From an uncultured Candidatus Saccharibacteria bacterium (GTDB lineage: Bacteria > Patescibacteriota > Saccharimonadia > Saccharimonadales > Saccharimonadaceae), in NCBI GenBank assembly GCA_964536265.1, contig CAZHVV010000003.1:33783-97782 (forward strand): a DNA stretch of 64,000 nt, read 5' to 3'. Of this stretch, positions 18,573-27,690 are shown piece after piece (position 1 is the first letter of the stretch; every line of letters starts with the position of its first letter). The translations under genes and the position numbers were made by a program. The notes under the pieces were generated by a model. That model did not search any database. It was not told where the DNA came from and worked only from the letters and a program-made list of their open reading frames with translations.

Positions 18573-20471
18573 TTACTTTTCGTCGACAACTTCACCTTCA
18601 ACAGGTTCGTCAGTCTTCTTGTCTGATTTTTCTTCTTTCTTCTTGCCTTCTTCTTTTTCAGATTCTTTTGCGGCTGCTTCGTACATCTTTGCACCGATAG
18701 GCATGATGACGTCGTTGAGTGCTTTGACTGCTGCTTCAAGTTCTTCCTTATCGTCAGAATCTTTCTTCTTTTCAGCTTCAGTAACGGCTTCTTCAATAAC
18801 TTTCTTGTCTTCGTCGCTTATCTTGTCTTTGTACTCATCAGGCATCTTTTTCGCCTGGTATATGGCATTTTCAAGCTGGTTCTTTGCATCGACTGCTTCA
18901 CGCTTTTTCCTGTCTTCATCGGCATGTGCTTCAGCTTCTTTTTGCGCTTTCTCGATATCCTCTTTACTCATATTGCCTGAATTCTGGATGGTAATCGACT
19001 GTTCTTTGCCAGTCCCCTTGTCTTTGGCTGTCACGTTTAAGATACCGTTAGCGTCAAGGTTAAATGTCACTTCAATCTGCGGGACACCGCGAGGTGACGG
19101 TGCAATACCGTCGAGGATAAACTTGCCAAGACTCTTGTTGTCGGCGGCAAATTCACGCTCACCCTGCAGAACATGGATTTCAACTTGTGGTTGATTGTCG
19201 GCAGCAGTTGAGAATGTTTCACTCTTGCTAGTTGGGATGGTCGTATTGCGTTCAATCAGCTTTGTTGAAACCGAACCCATGGTTTCAATGCCGAGTGACA
19301 GTGGCGTGACATCAAGCAGGAGTACGTCTTTGACATCGCCCTGTAAGACACCGGCCTGAATAGCGGCGCCAATGGCAACAACTTCGTCAGGATTTACGCC
19401 TTGCATTGGTTCTTTTCCAAAAATCTTCTTCACTTTTTCAATAACTGCCGGCATGCGTGTCATACCACCGACCAGCACAACTTCGTCTATCTCACTTGCC
19501 TTGAGGCCGGCGTCTTTGAGCGCTTTCTCGCATGGGTCAGCGGTTTTATTCACCAAATCAGCAACCAGTTCCTCAAGTTTTGAACGAGTCAGTGTGTATT
19601 CAAAGTGTTTTGGACCTTCTGCGTCTGCCGTCAGGAATGGCAGGTTAATTTCAACTTGAGGTGTTGAGCTGAGCTCTTTCTTTGCCTTTTCGGCTTCGTC
19701 TTTGAGGCGTTGCATAGCGGCGTTGTCACCTTTTAGGTCAATCCCCTGGCTCTTCTTAAACTCTTCAAGGAAGAAGTTAACAATACGGTTGTCAAAGTCC
19801 TCACCACCAAGGTGTGTATCGCCGTTGGTTGACTTCACTTCGAAGACACCATCACCAAGTTCAAGAATGGAAACGTCGAATGTTCCACCACCAAGGTCGA
19901 AGACAGCGATTTTCTCGTCTTTCTTCTTTTCAAGGCCATAGGCAAGTGCAGCAGCAGTTGGCTCATTGATGATACGCTTCACTTCTAGACCAGCTATTTT
20001 ACCGGCATCTTTGGTCGCTTGACGCTGTGAGTCGTCAAAGTATGCAGGTACAGTGATAATAGCCTCTGTAACAGGTTCACCCAAGAACGCTTCAGCGTCG
20101 GCCTTCAGCTTACTAAGAATCATTGCTGAGACTTCCTCTGGTGTGTAATCTTTGTCACCCATCTTTACTGCTACGCCACTGCTATGTTTGACTATTTCAA
20201 ACGGCATAATGTCGAGGTCTTTTTGGACTTCTTGGTCTGCAAATTTACGGCCAATCAAGCGTTTGACACTATAAATAGTGTTCTTGGCGTTCGTAACTCG
20301 CTGACGCTGGGCAATCTGCCCAACAATACGCTCGCCTTTTTTCGTGACCGCCACAACACTTGGTGTTGTACGGTTACCTTCTGCATTCGCGATAACCTCA
20401 GGCTTACCTGCGACCATGTAGGCCATGGCGCTGTTTGTAGTACCCAGGTCGATTCCGATAATTTTACCCAT
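18573..20471 (-). CDS. dnaK: Molecular chaperone DnaK (Hsp70)
   Basis: 632 aa: [27 protein letters not shown], and a K/E-rich C-terminal tail. Confidence 0.97.
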   Translation of the reverse strand: MGKIIGIDLGTTNSAMAYMVAGKPEVIANAEGNRTTPSVVAVTKKGERIVGQIAQRQRVTNAKNTIYSVKRLIGRKFADQEVQKDLDIMPFEIVKHSSGVAVKMGDKDYTPEEVSAMILSKLKADAEAFLGEPVTEAIITVPAYFDDSQRQATKDAGKIAGLEVKRIINEPTAAALAYGLEKKKDEKIAVFDLGGGTFDVSILELGDGVFEVKSTNGDTHLGGEDFDNRIVNFFLEEFKKSQGIDLKGDNAAMQRLKDEAEKAKKELSSTPQVEINLPFLTADAEGPKHFEYTLTRSKLEELVADLVNKTADPCEKALKDAGLKASEIDEVVLVGGMTRMPAVIEKVKKIFGKEPMQGVNPDEVVAIGAAIQAGVLQGDVKDVLLLDVTPLSLGIETMGSVSTKLIERNTTIPTSKSETFSTAADNQPQVEIHVLQGEREFAADNKSLGKFILDGIAPSPRGVPQIEVTFNLDANGILNVTAKDKGTGKEQSITIQNSGNMSKEDIEKAQKEAEAHADEDRKKREAVDAKNQLENAIYQAKKMPDEYKDKISDEDKKVIEEAVTEAEKKKDSDDKEELEAAVKALNDVIMPIGAKMYEAAAKESEKEEGKKKEEKSDKKTDEPVEGEVVDEK

Positions 20472-20519
20472 TGTTTATTCCCCTTTCGATTAGATATTCG
20501 GTAATTTCTTATTCCTATT

Positions 20520-20546
20520 TTAGCACTCTTCGTTTGAGACTGCCAA
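20520..20546. promoter_or_regulatory. Degenerate CIRCE element in the dnaK 5' leader
   Basis: TTAGCACTC-ttcgtttga-GAcTGCcAA; the right arm has two mismatches. Confidence 0.5.
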
Positions 20547-20553
20547 TATTTCT

Positions 20554-20582
20554 AGTGTAGAAAATATTAGCACTCGTGTCAA
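20554..20582 (-). promoter_or_regulatory. Candidate dnaK promoter
   Basis: On the minus strand: TTGACA (inside the distal CIRCE spacer), 17 nt, TACACT. The RBS AAAGGGGAA precedes ATG 20471. Confidence 0.55.
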
Positions 20583-20593
20583 TAGAGTGCCAA
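20567..20593. promoter_or_regulatory. CIRCE operator upstream of dnaK
   Basis: TTAGCACTC-gtgtcaata-GAGTGCcAA. Confidence 0.75.
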
Positions 20594-20638
20594 AAGATAG
20601 TTTGTTAATTAACCTGTTTAGATATACCGTACCACTGT

Positions 20639-22078
20639 TTAACGATACTGGCCTAAGACGTCGATTTGACCAGTTGTGCCACGAAGCGAAGAGAACCGGT
20701 AGTAGCCTGTATCTTGAGAGATATCGCTATTTCGTTGAGTAATAGATGAAGAAATAGTTGCGACAGTCTGAGTATTTCTCACTGCAGATGCAGACTGCAC
20801 ACCGAGCTGTGCAGGATATGCTGCAATACTCATACCAGCTGGTGCCGTGTACGTATAAGTACTACCACCACTAGTGATAGTAATATCAGCTGGAGCTACC
20901 AAAAACGTCAATGCCTCAACATAATTCCGTGCGGCCGACATAGAACCGCGTGGCCATTGGCTCATCGGCAGAGTGGTTGACCCCGTGATAGTGGCATCTA
21001 AAGTCTGCGGGCGATGAGAAAGGTAGATACAATCACGCAAGATTGTTGGATACTGACCTGTTTTCCACTTTGTTATGTAGTAGGCTGATATATCGAGATT
21101 TACCCACCCATTGCATGCCGATGGCGCCATAGGTGTCTCAGAAAAATCTGACCACGTCACCATCTGTACGTAGTCAGCGTTTTGTCCAATTGCCTTCTCC
21201 CACGCAGCACGTAAACTCCCTGTGTTGAGAGCTTCATCCCATAGCTGGGCTGGAGGACGGATATCTTGCGAGACTACTGGTGCCATGAATTTTTCCCCCC
21301 GAGCTAAGGCTGCGGGCTGGTAGTTACCTGCCGCATTTATCACACTCGGGTCTGCACCATATCCCCACACCGACGAAGCATAGCACAAACCAGTGTAGTT
21401 CGGAGCTTGATTCCAGTTAAGATAAACTGAGAAAAAGGCAATGTCAAGCCCCCAGGTCGTCAGCAGTTCATCAAATACCTGCTGCCACCACAAATATGTT
21501 TTGCCTTCTGTTAGGAAAGACCCAACAACGTAGCGCCCATCAGGCAAATAGTACGATCCGTTCTTGCCTGCATATTTTCTGATATGGTCCGCTGCCACTT
21601 GTGGAGTAGCAGCACCTGTGGCACCATTTGCGTCGACCATTGGCAGGACATAAAAACCAACATTCATATCATCAGCTGCCTGAACTAATTTCATATAGCG
21701 GTCGTAGTTAGAGCCTGATAATCCCAGAAGGTCACAGAAGAATCCATCAATCCCAGCCGCTTGTGCCTGTTCAATGTCCCAGACAGCATCTAAATACGTA
21801 TAGTCGCCGCCACGTTGCGGACGCCAAATGGGTCTATCGCGATACATACCACCATAATCTTGATACGTGGCATAATTAGGATTGTTGAATGCAGTCGTAT
21901 ACGAATCGGTTGCAAGCGTCACACTATCGTTCAACGAGCGAGGGTACGGTCCGAAATAGTGTGCGAAGACTTTTTTCGAGCTGCTATTCAGAACAGCATA
22001 ATCCATCGCGAACGGCAACCCTTCTGTCGCTTGCTGTCGAGTTCCTACCCTCTGCAACCTACGCGCACCTATACTCAT
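20639..22078 (-). CDS. Glycoside hydrolase family 71-like (alpha-1,3-glucanase / mutanase-like)
   Basis: 479 aa. The motif order matches my memory of GH71 mutanases: KKVFAHYF, AQAAGIDGFFCDLLG, FMAPVV, VQMVTWSDFSE, and the C-terminal ITITSGGSTYTYTAPAG block. No signal peptide was seen. Confidence 0.6.
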   Translation of the reverse strand: MSIGARRLQRVGTRQQATEGLPFAMDYAVLNSSSKKVFAHYFGPYPRSLNDSVTLATDSYTTAFNNPNYATYQDYGGMYRDRPIWRPQRGGDYTYLDAVWDIEQAQAAGIDGFFCDLLGLSGSNYDRYMKLVQAADDMNVGFYVLPMVDANGATGAATPQVAADHIRKYAGKNGSYYLPDGRYVVGSFLTEGKTYLWWQQVFDELLTTWGLDIAFFSVYLNWNQAPNYTGLCYASSVWGYGADPSVINAAGNYQPAALARGEKFMAPVVSQDIRPPAQLWDEALNTGSLRAAWEKAIGQNADYVQMVTWSDFSETPMAPSACNGWVNLDISAYYITKWKTGQYPTILRDCIYLSHRPQTLDATITGSTTLPMSQWPRGSMSAARNYVEALTFLVAPADITITSGGSTYTYTAPAGMSIAAYPAQLGVQSASAVRNTQTVATISSSITQRNSDISQDTGYYRFSSLRGTTGQIDVLGQYR

Positions 22079-22122
22079 AGCTATAAGTATAAACTAGATA
22101 TGATAAGTAAATATACCGTCTG

Positions 22123-22584
22123 TTATTGTCGGGTTACTTTCACCATACTGTGACGAATAACATCTTGACCCAGCATATAGCCTGCCTGAAGTTCTTCGGC
22201 AATAACTTCATGTTCACCATCGGTTTCATCAAATTGTACCGCCTCATGAAACTCAGGATTAAAGGGCGTACCTTTTTTTGCTTCGATTCGTGTCACACCA
22301 AGCTGTATCATTGATTTCTCGAGATGCTTTACGAGGTTTTTCACACCCTCTGCCCAAACATCGCCTTCAAGTTCTTTTGGCATATGAGAGATAGCGCGCT
22401 CAATATTGTCGATAACAGGTAGCAGTTGCTCGATAGCACTGACGCGACCATGCGCACGAGCCATCGCCTTCTCTGTCTCCATCCGTTTGCGATAGTTTTC
22501 GAAATCAGCGCGAGTTCGCTGTAAGTCGAGCGTCAATTCGCCGATTTTTTGTTGGTAGTCTTCTTCTTTCTTATTCTTCGCCAT
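22123..22584 (-). CDS. grpE: Nucleotide exchange factor GrpE (short)
   Basis: DLQRTRADFENYRKR and the C-terminal beta domain GYMLGQDVIRHSMVKV. ATG 22584 is preferred over the track GTG at 22593. Confidence 0.9.
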   Translation of the reverse strand: MAKNKKEEDYQQKIGELTLDLQRTRADFENYRKRMETEKAMARAHGRVSAIEQLLPVIDNIERAISHMPKELEGDVWAEGVKNLVKHLEKSMIQLGVTRIEAKKGTPFNPEFHEAVQFDETDGEHEVIAEELQAGYMLGQDVIRHSMVKVTRQ

Positions 22585-22614
22585 AGTTCCCACTTATTAC
22601 TTATGTATTGATTG

Positions 22615-23328
22615 TTATAGCACTTCTTCGAGCATTGCACCTGTATGGCGAACGAGTCGCATAACACGTGCATAGTCCTGCCGCGTTGGGCCGAGTACAC
22701 CTATGTAGCTACCGTCTGAATATGGTGAGCAAAAACGGCTAATGATAAGGCTTGCTTGTGAGCTTTTACCTATCGGATTCTCGGCACCAATAAAGACATT
22801 GAGTGGCTCGTTTGGCGCAGCTTCACGAAGCCATGGCTCAAGGTTATCTAACAGGCTGGCAATTTGCTGAACATTGTGCGGATTGGTTATGAACTCTGGC
22901 TGAGAAAATAAGTTACCCATACCACTGATATATAGCTGGTCGCCAATGGTTGCAAGACCAAGATTGTGTGTCACTTCAGCCAAACTGTCAACAGCGCTAC
23001 GAATCGCACGGTCAGTTCTATCACCAAAGGTCGCAACTCGCGCGTCAATCGCTCTCGTACTGCGATCGGCTAATTGCGGTTGCTCTGTACCTCGTAAGTC
23101 ACCGAGCTGGTTCACGTAGTACCGATACCCCTTGTCAGTAGGGACACGGCCAGCACTGGTGTGCGGCTGCATGATGAGGTCAAGTTCTTCTAGCTGGGCC
23201 ATCTCGCTACGAATCGTAGCACTCGAAACTCCAAACAGCTTCGCAAGCGTCACGCTGCCGACTGGCACCGCCACCTCTGCGTACTGTTCGATGATTGCCG
23301 CAAGAATTCTAACCTGGCGTTCTGTCAT
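22615..23328 (-). CDS. hrcA: Heat-inducible repressor HrcA (short, ~237 aa)
   Basis: MTERQVRILAAIIEQYAEVAVPVGSVTLAKLFGVSSATIRSEMAQLEELDLIMQPHTSAGRVPTDKGYRYYV is a winged helix of the HrcA type. The start is chosen at ATG 23328. Confidence 0.85.
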   Translation of the reverse strand: MTERQVRILAAIIEQYAEVAVPVGSVTLAKLFGVSSATIRSEMAQLEELDLIMQPHTSAGRVPTDKGYRYYVNQLGDLRGTEQPQLADRSTRAIDARVATFGDRTDRAIRSAVDSLAEVTHNLGLATIGDQLYISGMGNLFSQPEFITNPHNVQQIASLLDNLEPWLREAAPNEPLNVFIGAENPIGKSSQASLIISRFCSPYSDGSYIGVLGPTRQDYARVMRLVRHTGAMLEEVL

Positions 23329-23334
23329 ACTGGT

Positions 23335-23364
23335 AGTATACCGTAAATTGGCAGTCTCCGTCAA
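23335..23364 (-). promoter_or_regulatory. Candidate hrcA promoter, leaderless
   Basis: On the minus strand: TTGACG, 18 nt, TATACT, then 6 nt, then ATG 23328. Confidence 0.5.
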
Positions 23365-23374
23365 TGAGTGCCAG
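23348..23374. promoter_or_regulatory. CIRCE-like operator upstream of hrcA
   Basis: TTgGCAgTC-tccgtcaat-GAGTGCcAg is an inverted repeat with CIRCE spacing. It overlaps the -35 box. Confidence 0.55.
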
Positions 23375-23387
23375 ACTTCATGAAACG

Positions 23388-25634
23388 CTATGGGCCAAAT
23401 GGGTCTACAAGACTGACGCCCGAAACCATAAAACCTGTTGCGCCTTTGCCGCGCGCCGTGGACACGGCAGTCATATCAGGACAGATATGCCCTGTCATAC
23501 GCTGACCATTCGTGCGATAACCTGCAAGCGTATCCCAGTCTCCTTGAGAAGCGTTGTAATCCATACCTATAAGTGTCCACTGATTTACGTATCCAGAGGT
23601 AAGTGAAGCGATGTCACTTGCATAAAAATAACCCCAGCGTTGATACCCTCGGTTCGCAAATGAGGTAGCAAAGGAAGTACTACCAACACCGTATGCCTTA
23701 CCAATAAAACGTTCATTACCTCCGTAGGAATCAAGTATATCGAGCAGTTCCTCGCGATACGTATTTGCATACTTAACGTCAACAATAAATAGATGATGGG
23801 CATAAGCGTCCAGTATGTCCTCGAGACGCGCATATGGACGGTTTGGCTGTGTGGTATTGTTCGCAGCCATTGAACCAAGTACTTGATACCCCTGGACTGT
23901 CGCCCACGTCATCGTTGATGCCGCAGGAAGTCCAGATGTGCCGGACGTGCGATTGATATCAGCGTCGTGTAGACCAAACCACACACCATCGGAAGTGCGT
24001 GCAAGCGACAATTCAAGGCAGCCAAAGCTGAGTAGGCCCGACTGTCCATAGGCAAATGCTGTCATTTCTGGAAAATCACGGCTTCCACCACGGTGAGCCA
24101 TATAGAATTCTGGTAATGCAAGCATGTCAGAAACTGTCGGATATCGCGGCAACATCTCACGCATACCGCTAATCTGCGTTAATATTCCACCAGTATCACC
24201 AACGCGGACATAGGCGTCCGACAAGATACCGCCCGTATCACCGAGTTTCGCCGTATAATCAGGTGGTAGCGTCCCTGTCGGACGAAATGCGACCGACAAC
24301 GCAACGGGTGCGGAAGGCGTCCCCGTCCATGCAATGTCAGTTTCCGTCGACCCGACTGTCGAAGCTGAGCCGGTGAGAGTACGAGAGCCGAGCCACATAT
24401 ACGTACGCGACGTAGATGCAACTAATCCTGCAGTTGCTAGTTCCGCAACGTTAGTAAAATTATCCGGGTAATTGGAGGGAATATGGTCATTTGTAGCAGT
24501 AAACTCACTCGCTGAAAACTCGAGAACAAGCGCCGGATCATTGGCAGTATATGACGGAATTGTTCTTCCGTTTGTTATGCCATCACCAGTTATGGAATTA
24601 TAATAGCCAGTCCATGCCGGATCTGCACCTCGTACAAGAAATAACGCACCCACCATTCGTGCCGTCGCGCCGACTGTAAAAGTATATGATACTGGCTCTG
24701 TCCCGGTGATTTCGTGCGTAAAAAAGCCAGTCACGCGTGCGGCACTGGAACTAGGACTAAAAGCAGGTCCAACTCGTGTAAAGGCAGCGTTTGTCCAATC
24801 CGTCGCAGATCCAGTTGCTTGTGACCGAAGTGCTGCAACCAGCAAATCCCCCGTCTGATAACCACTCGGTACTGTCAATGTAATCGTCGTGCTACTAGCT
24901 GTGACAACAGCGGTCTGAGCGGCACCCACAATAGTTGGTGCACTTGATGGCGGCACTATAATCGGTTCTAGCCAAATATGCCCAGCAAGACCATTATTGG
25001 TCTGTGGGTTTGGGTATGTCCAAGTAGTATTCCCCGATGAACCCGTAGCGGCCAACGTGTTATCGGCGATGCTCACAATCTGATCACCACCCCCGACAAC
25101 ATAAAATCGCTTTGTCATGGAATTATCGACAACAATATCCGTATCAATTTCAGCTGCCACAGTACGTTCAGTTGAAATCGACACCACGACTGAGTTAGCG
25201 GCCGTTGTCGTTACCGATGGTGCGATATTGGTAGTTGTCGTTGCATGACCATTGCGATCCCAAAAAACCCCTGCATACGCAGCCGAAACGCCACTGTACC
25301 AAACTAGCCGCCAGAACACTGAATAACCCGTTCCATCAAGCGGCCATGTATAACTAGTTTCACCAATTTCACGCCGTTTCATCCATACACCAGTCTGAAA
25401 GGCTGTCGTACCAGTCATAGGTGCAAATGAACGCACAATTGTCCAACCACTCAAATCACCAGGATAGTTAGAATCCACAGGTGCAGCACCGCCTGTGAAA
25501 ATAAGAATCATCCAATCGCCAACATTACATGCTACACCACCGGACCCACTGCCTCCGAGATTGGGGTTAATATCTACACTTGCAGTATCTACGGTAGTTC
25601 CACCGTAGCGATATCCGCTAAATACTACTGCCAT
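23388..25634 (-). CDS. Large tail-protein-like protein with a C-terminal glycerophosphodiester phosphodiesterase (GDPD) domain
   Basis: 748 aa. The N-terminal part has two similar ~220-aa beta-rich regions. The C-terminal part has EFYMAHRGGSRDFPEMTAFAY...CLELSLARTSDGVWFGLHDADINRTSG, matching the GDPD HRG...E...HD pattern. Confidence 0.65.
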   Translation of the reverse strand: MAVVFSGYRYGGTTVDTASVDINPNLGGSGSGGVACNVGDWMILIFTGGAAPVDSNYPGDLSGWTIVRSFAPMTGTTAFQTGVWMKRREIGETSYTWPLDGTGYSVFWRLVWYSGVSAAYAGVFWDRNGHATTTTNIAPSVTTTAANSVVVSISTERTVAAEIDTDIVVDNSMTKRFYVVGGGDQIVSIADNTLAATGSSGNTTWTYPNPQTNNGLAGHIWLEPIIVPPSSAPTIVGAAQTAVVTASSTTITLTVPSGYQTGDLLVAALRSQATGSATDWTNAAFTRVGPAFSPSSSAARVTGFFTHEITGTEPVSYTFTVGATARMVGALFLVRGADPAWTGYYNSITGDGITNGRTIPSYTANDPALVLEFSASEFTATNDHIPSNYPDNFTNVAELATAGLVASTSRTYMWLGSRTLTGSASTVGSTETDIAWTGTPSAPVALSVAFRPTGTLPPDYTAKLGDTGGILSDAYVRVGDTGGILTQISGMREMLPRYPTVSDMLALPEFYMAHRGGSRDFPEMTAFAYGQSGLLSFGCLELSLARTSDGVWFGLHDADINRTSGTSGLPAASTMTWATVQGYQVLGSMAANNTTQPNRPYARLEDILDAYAHHLFIVDVKYANTYREELLDILDSYGGNERFIGKAYGVGSTSFATSFANRGYQRWGYFYASDIASLTSGYVNQWTLIGMDYNASQGDWDTLAGYRTNGQRMTGHICPDMTAVSTARGKGATGFMVSGVSLVDPFGP

Positions 25635-25638
25635 AGTA

Positions 25639-27183
25639 TTAGGCCCTCATGACGTATAACGTACCGTATAGTGGCGTTGTTACATCCGCAAAGTCATCGA
25701 CAACCTGCACAGTATTTGTAATGCCTAATGTTGTGCGTGCCGCAGTCGCATCCGCTGCGGTCAACACCGCCCTACCCGTTACCGAACTGTCACTTATATC
25801 CGTCGCAACATGTGTATGGGCTGAAGCTGCTTTGCCGTCAAGCGTTGTTTGGAGATTTGTCGTGTCAGCAATAGTATGGCTATGCACAGCGGCGGCATAT
25901 GAGCCAGCAACCTGTTTCCCATCAAGCGCTGTTTGAAGTCCAGTTACATCTGAAATGGTGTGGCCATGCACAGCGGCGGCATATGAACCAGCGGCTTGTT
26001 TGCCATCGAGGGCTGTTTGGAGGCCGGTTGTATCTGAGATAGCGTGAGCATGAGTAGTCGCCGCTTTACCGTCAAGCGTGGTCTGAAGATTTGTGACGGT
26101 TGAGATTGCCTGTACACCGGTATGGTTGGTGCGATCAAGCAAGGTAACATCGCTACTATTTGCAGTTGCACCGGTTGCAATACTATTCAGTTTGGTTTTA
26201 TCGGCGGCTGACATCACGCCAGCATCGGTTACCGTTGCACTCGCAACAATTGCATCATTGCCAGTACTACTGACAACTGTTACGTCAGTGCTAGTGGTCG
26301 TTACACTTAGGTCGGTCACACCAGCACCTGGCGTAGCCGCTACTGTAGTAGTACCTGCGTTATCGTCATATGTAAGCGTCACATTTGTGCCAGCGACTAA
26401 ACTTGTGCCTATAATATCTTGAGTTGCCTCAGTAAAGTCAGTGATATCGGTTGCAATATGGCCATGCACAGCGGCGGCATATGAACCAGCTGCTTGTTTG
26501 CCATCGAGGGCTGTTTGGAGGCCGGTTGTATCTGAGATAGCGTGGCCATGAACAGCTGCTGCATAGGAGCCGGCTGCCTGTTTGCCATCGAGTGTCGTTT
26601 GAAGGTTGGTGACATCGGCTATTGCGTGAGCGTGTGAGGTATTGGCTTTGCCACTAAGGCTGGTGTCTACTTCTGTCTTCGTATAGGTTGTGGATTGGTT
26701 TGCTTTGCTATCAAGTGTCGTTTGGAGATTTGTCGTGTCAGCAATAGCATGGCCATGCACAGCTGCGGCGTATGACCCGGCAGCTTGTTTGCCATCGAGG
26801 GCTGTTTGGAGGCCAGTTGTATCTGAGATAGCGTGAGTATGTGAGGTATTGGCTTTGCCAGCGAGACCAGGAACGGTTGGAGATGCAGCAGTACCGCCAA
26901 GGTCACCTGTGAGCTGAACGATACCTTTGGTTGAAGAGGTGGCATCGGCAACGGTGCCTCCACTACCAGCATTAAGTTTTGCTTGAACTGTACTATCCAG
27001 TTTAGCTTCTGTGATAGATGCGTCGGTAACGGCAGCACTATCTACCGCCCCAGGAGCAAGTGATGCAGAGGTTATAATACTATCCTTAAGAGTACCATCG
27101 GCATTATGAACCGCCGAGAGGTAGTCGTTGAGGATCTGTCCCCAAGTGCCCGAGTCTGATCCCGGTTGTGGTAATCGCGGCAT
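25639..27183 (-). CDS. Phage-tail-fibre-like repeat protein (9 HxH repeats)
   Basis: It starts MPRLPQPGSDSGTWGQILNDYL (ATG 27183, RBS GGGAAGGG). It has repeats of the type SHTHAISDTTGLQTALDGKQAAGSYAAAVHGH and a SAADKTKLNSI motif. Confidence 0.7.
   Translation of the reverse strand: MPRLPQPGSDSGTWGQILNDYLSAVHNADGTLKDSIITSASLAPGAVDSAAVTDASITEAKLDSTVQAKLNAGSGGTVADATSSTKGIVQLTGDLGGTAASPTVPGLAGKANTSHTHAISDTTGLQTALDGKQAAGSYAAAVHGHAIADTTNLQTTLDSKANQSTTYTKTEVDTSLSGKANTSHAHAIADVTNLQTTLDGKQAAGSYAAAVHGHAISDTTGLQTALDGKQAAGSYAAAVHGHIATDITDFTEATQDIIGTSLVAGTNVTLTYDDNAGTTTVAATPGAGVTDLSVTTTSTDVTVVSSTGNDAIVASATVTDAGVMSAADKTKLNSIATGATANSSDVTLLDRTNHTGVQAISTVTNLQTTLDGKAATTHAHAISDTTGLQTALDGKQAAGSYAAAVHGHTISDVTGLQTALDGKQVAGSYAAAVHSHTIADTTNLQTTLDGKAASAHTHVATDISDSSVTGRAVLTAADATAARTTLGITNTVQVVDDFADVTTPLYGTLYVMRA
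26761..26955. repeat. 195-bp segment identical to 28111-28305
   Basis: Base-by-base comparison by eye. Both copies lie inside paralogous fibre-like genes and encode ...ADATSSTKGIVQLTGDLGGTAASPTVPGLAGKANTSHTHAISDTTGLQTALDGKQAAGSYAAA. Confidence 0.9.
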
Positions 27184-27199
27184 AGTATAACCCTTCCCT

Positions 27200-27676
27200 T
27201 TACGTAAAGTTGAGGCCAACGAGCGAGCCGAACCAAGTCGTACCGCCGTCGAGCGTTTCGAACACTAGGATATCAACCGCGTTTGCAGCTGTAGAAAGTG
27301 CCGGTGCACCGCCTGACCACTTAACACTGGCTGGCCACGTAACAACTCTGCCCCCAGTCGCATCTTGTTTTAAATAGAGTGAGAACGAACAGGCTTTACC
27401 ACTGGTCGCTCCGCTGAGCACGAAAGTCGTTGTGCCTGTTAGTGTCATATTAAAAACATTAGCATTTGCAAGATTAAGTGTTGTCGTCCCAGTAGCATTG
27501 GCGGTTGAGACTGTCTCAAGACCACCACTGGTCGCCATCGCAACCATCCCAATCGGGTTCGAATTATTCCATTTGCTTGTTGTGCTATTGAATTTCAGCA
27601 AATCACCACTGGATTGGCCCGACATGAAAACGTCTGTTGCGCTAGATATCGTACTTCCTGTTCCGCTAAATGGCAT
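27200..27676 (-). CDS. Small tail-associated-like protein (module B N-terminus)
   Basis: 158 aa. MPFSGTGSTISSATDVFMSGQSSGDLLKFNSTTSKWNN is homologous to the start of the 152-aa proteins at 59907 and 62491. The C-terminal part has YLKQDATGGRVVTWPASVKWSGGAPALS. Confidence 0.6.
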   Translation of the reverse strand: MPFSGTGSTISSATDVFMSGQSSGDLLKFNSTTSKWNNSNPIGMVAMATSGGLETVSTANATGTTTLNLANANVFNMTLTGTTTFVLSGATSGKACSFSLYLKQDATGGRVVTWPASVKWSGGAPALSTAANAVDILVFETLDGGTTWFGSLVGLNFT

Positions 27677-27690
27677 ACTTTATGTCCTTT

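Noticed and set aside
18619-19194. 191-aa plus-strand ORF (S/F/A-rich)
   Set aside because: It is antisense to dnaK and has the low-complexity composition typical of shadow ORFs. The same holds for 19372-19659 and 19702-19941.
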